Position numbers and translations under genes: made by a program. The notes beneath the pieces were generated by a model. It did no database searches and was not told where the DNA came from. It was given only the letters and a program-made list of their open reading frames with translations. 18,645 nt of DNA from Candidatus Geohabitans tengchongensis (GTDB lineage: Bacteria > Sysuimicrobiota > Sysuimicrobiia > Sysuimicrobiales > Humicultoraceae), in NCBI GenBank assembly GCA_031459625.1, contig JAVKIH010000003.1, positions 152,769-171,413 on the forward strand, written 5' to 3'. Positions 16,944 to 18,645 of the stretch are shown piece after piece. Every line of letters starts with the position of its first letter. Positions within the stretch are counted from its first letter, which is position 1.

Positions 16944-17645
16944 CTATCCCGCCGCCAGACCGGCACGCTGGCGCAGCCGCAAGGGGTCGAGCAGGACGAT
17001 GCGCCGGCCGCGCAGGGCCACCAGCCCTTGCGCCCGCAGCGCGCCCAGCGCCCGGTTCACCCGTTCCCGCGTCGCCCCCACCATGGAGGCCAGCTCGGCC
17101 TGCGTGAGGTCGACGTCGATCTCCACCGCCGGGCCGTCCCGGCGGCCGGCGTGGCGGCCGGCCAGGTCGAGGAGGAGACGGGCCAGGCGCGCCTGCACGT
17201 CCAGGAAGGCCAGGCTCTCGGCATAGGCGGTGGCGTGGCGCAGCCGGGCGCCCAGCAGCTCGATCAGCTTGACGGCCAGCCCCGGCGTCGTCTCCACGGC
17301 GCGCAGGAACGCCTCCCGGGTGAGGGTGTAGAGGACGACATCCTCCACCGCCTCGGCGCCGGCGGACCGCGCCCCCCTGTCCAGCAGGGCCAGCTCGCCG
17401 AAGACGTCCCCCGGGCCGGCCAGGTCGACGGTGAGCTCCGTGCCGTCCTCGCCGAGCAGGAAGATACGGACGTGCCCCTCGCCGACGATGTAGAGGGCAT
17501 CCCCCGCCTGGTCGCGGTGGAAGATCATCGTGCCCCGCCGGTAGGTCCGCCGGCGGAGGTGCGGTCCCAGGACGTCCAGGGTCCCGTCCGGGAGCGCCGA
17601 GAAGAGTTCGACGCGGCGGAGCAGCTCTCGCCCCTCTCCGGCCAT
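16944..17645 (-). CDS. Crp/Fnr family transcriptional regulator
   Basis: cNMP-binding domain (LYIV.EG.V, FGELALLDRGARSA) plus HTH LTQAELASMVGATRERVNRAL; SD AAGGAG. Confidence 0.94.
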   Translation of the reverse strand: MAGEGRELLRRVELFSALPDGTLDVLGPHLRRRTYRRGTMIFHRDQAGDALYIVGEGHVRIFLLGEDGTELTVDLAGPGDVFGELALLDRGARSAGAEAVEDVVLYTLTREAFLRAVETTPGLAVKLIELLGARLRHATAYAESLAFLDVQARLARLLLDLAGRHAGRRDGPAVEIDVDLTQAELASMVGATRERVNRALGALRAQGLVALRGRRIVLLDPLRLRQRAGLAAG

Positions 17646-17703
17646 GGCGAGGGCTCCTTCGGCGCCGGCTGCAGCCTTCCTGTTGCCTGGCCGGTGACGC
17701 GGC

Positions 17704-18050
17704 CTACCGCCCCGTGAGCTGCCCGCGGACCTCCCCGGCCGGGTTCAGCGCGGTGTGCAGGTTCACGTAGATGCGGCCGGCCTGCAGCTCGGCCATGAGC
17801 TCCTGGCTCGGCCGCCACACGCCGGCCATGGTCCCGCTGTTCCCGCCCGTCGGGCAGGCACCCGCCAGGGCGGGTTCGGGCGCCCCGCAGATCGTCTGTA
17901 CCACCGGCCCCGCCTGTCCCGCTGCATCGCCGCAGCCATGGGTGTCGCTGGCGCGGCCGCACCCGACATCGTCAGCCACAACGCCAGGAGCCCCGCTGCG
18001 ACCACCAGCACCAACGCGTGCTGCACGGGCCTCACCAGGCTGTGAGCCAT
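17704..18050 (-). pseudogene. Secreted CHRD-domain protein, frameshifted with apparent internal deletion
   Basis: SD, ATG 18050 and a signal peptide (MAHSLVRPVQHALVLVVAAGLLALWL...) lie in one frame; the CHRD C-terminal half (AGQAGPVV...GRIYVNLHTALNPAGEVRGQL) lies in another; the AHIH motif and preceding strands are absent. Confidence 0.7.
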
Positions 18051-18153
18051 CCTCCGCCTCCTCCGCCTGTCGCCACAGACACCGGCCTGTACGGGCGCGG
18101 ACCCCGCCGGCCTCACGCGTGCCGGGTCCCCCCCGGTCTCACACGTGCCCTAG

Positions 18154-18645
18154 CCCATGTTTGACATTGACGGGGCTGAAACCCGCATGGTTGAGCCATT
18201 CCTGTTCAGGCAATTTCACTACAGGGCTCAGGGGGCGTGAGGCGGGGCAGCCCGACAGCCTTGAGGACCGCTTGAGCATGTGGGGTGGGCCTGGTGATCA
18301 CCCGGGTCTGGTGCCCGTCCAGCTCCAGGGTGACTAACCGCACTGGGCGGAGCGCCTCCAGGGCGGCGTCGAGCGAAAGCGTCAAGCCCGCCCGCCGCAG
18401 TGCCTTTTCCAGGGCGATGCCCAGCAGCAGCGCGAGATGGGCCACGAACAGGTGCCCCCGGACCCGCGACTCGGTCTGGTGGTAGATGGGGCGCACCGCC
18501 AGCACATCTTTGAGGCAGCGGAAGCCCCGCTCCACCGTCTGCAGGTCTTTGTGGGCCGCCACAGCCTCGCGGCTGTCCAAGGTGGCGTCGTTGGTCTGTA
18601 GGATGTACGTACCTTCCACCCGCAGCTCGACGCGCAGCTTCGCCC
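18154..18645 (-). mobile_element. IS1634-family insertion sequence, downstream end (partial)
   Basis: Transposase C-terminus plus a likely terminus CCCATGTTTGACA starting at 18154; visibly lower GC than the flanks. The end position is inferred, since the partner IR is outside the window. Confidence 0.7.
18206..18643 (-). CDS. IS1634-family DDE transposase, C-terminal part (5' truncated by window)
   Basis: EG.YILQTN...L...E....L..VERGFRCLK..L.VRPIYH....RVRGHLFVAHLALLL; frame open to the window edge. Confidence 0.87.
   Translation of the reverse strand, partial: AKLRVELRVEGTYILQTNDATLDSREAVAAHKDLQTVERGFRCLKDVLAVRPIYHQTESRVRGHLFVAHLALLLGIALEKALRRAGLTLSLDAALEALRPVRLVTLELDGHQTRVITRPTPHAQAVLKAVGLPRLTPPEPCSEIA

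Noticed and set aside
18051..18068. Tandem 9-mer CCTCCGCCT x2
   Set aside because: Simply a duplicated SD-like sequence in front of the CHRD gene.
18161..18195. TTGACA/TTGACG tandem as an antisense promoter into the transposase
   Set aside because: No acceptable -10 at 16-18 nt; the hexamer is part of the inferred IS terminus.

Overview
Very GC-rich bacterial chromosomal window, mostly housekeeping genes. The gene order lysA - site-2 protease - scpA - scpB - dac ... cmk - plsC and a CIRCE-controlled groEL resemble Terrabacteria (e.g. Armatimonadota or thermophilic Bacillota); the taxon is an inference only. Left to right: the 3' end of an unknown gene, a divergent class I HMG-CoA reductase-like gene and a DAGK/YegS-family lipid kinase, all joined by GTGA overlaps; convergent plsC and cmk; csaA; an ArsR-DUF2087 regulator; a coupled scpA-scpB-dac-citE-like-pspC-like run; a site-2 protease; lysA; a thiolase coupled to an SLC13/TrkA-C transporter; a 440-bp gene-free interval with a near-consensus sigma70 promoter upstream of stacked hairpins (candidate ncRNA); a DUF881 gene; CIRCE, groEL without groES, and a terminator; a Crp/Fnr regulator; a broken CHRD-domain gene; and one end of an IS1634-family element. 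The two best leads are (1) the HMGR-like enzyme, which keeps its catalytic residues but has lost several HMG-binding residues and is coupled to a lipid kinase, suggesting a possible non-mevalonate reduce-then-phosphorylate lipid pathway, and (2) the orphan-promoter structured RNA at about 14150-14400. All alignments and folds were done by eye.
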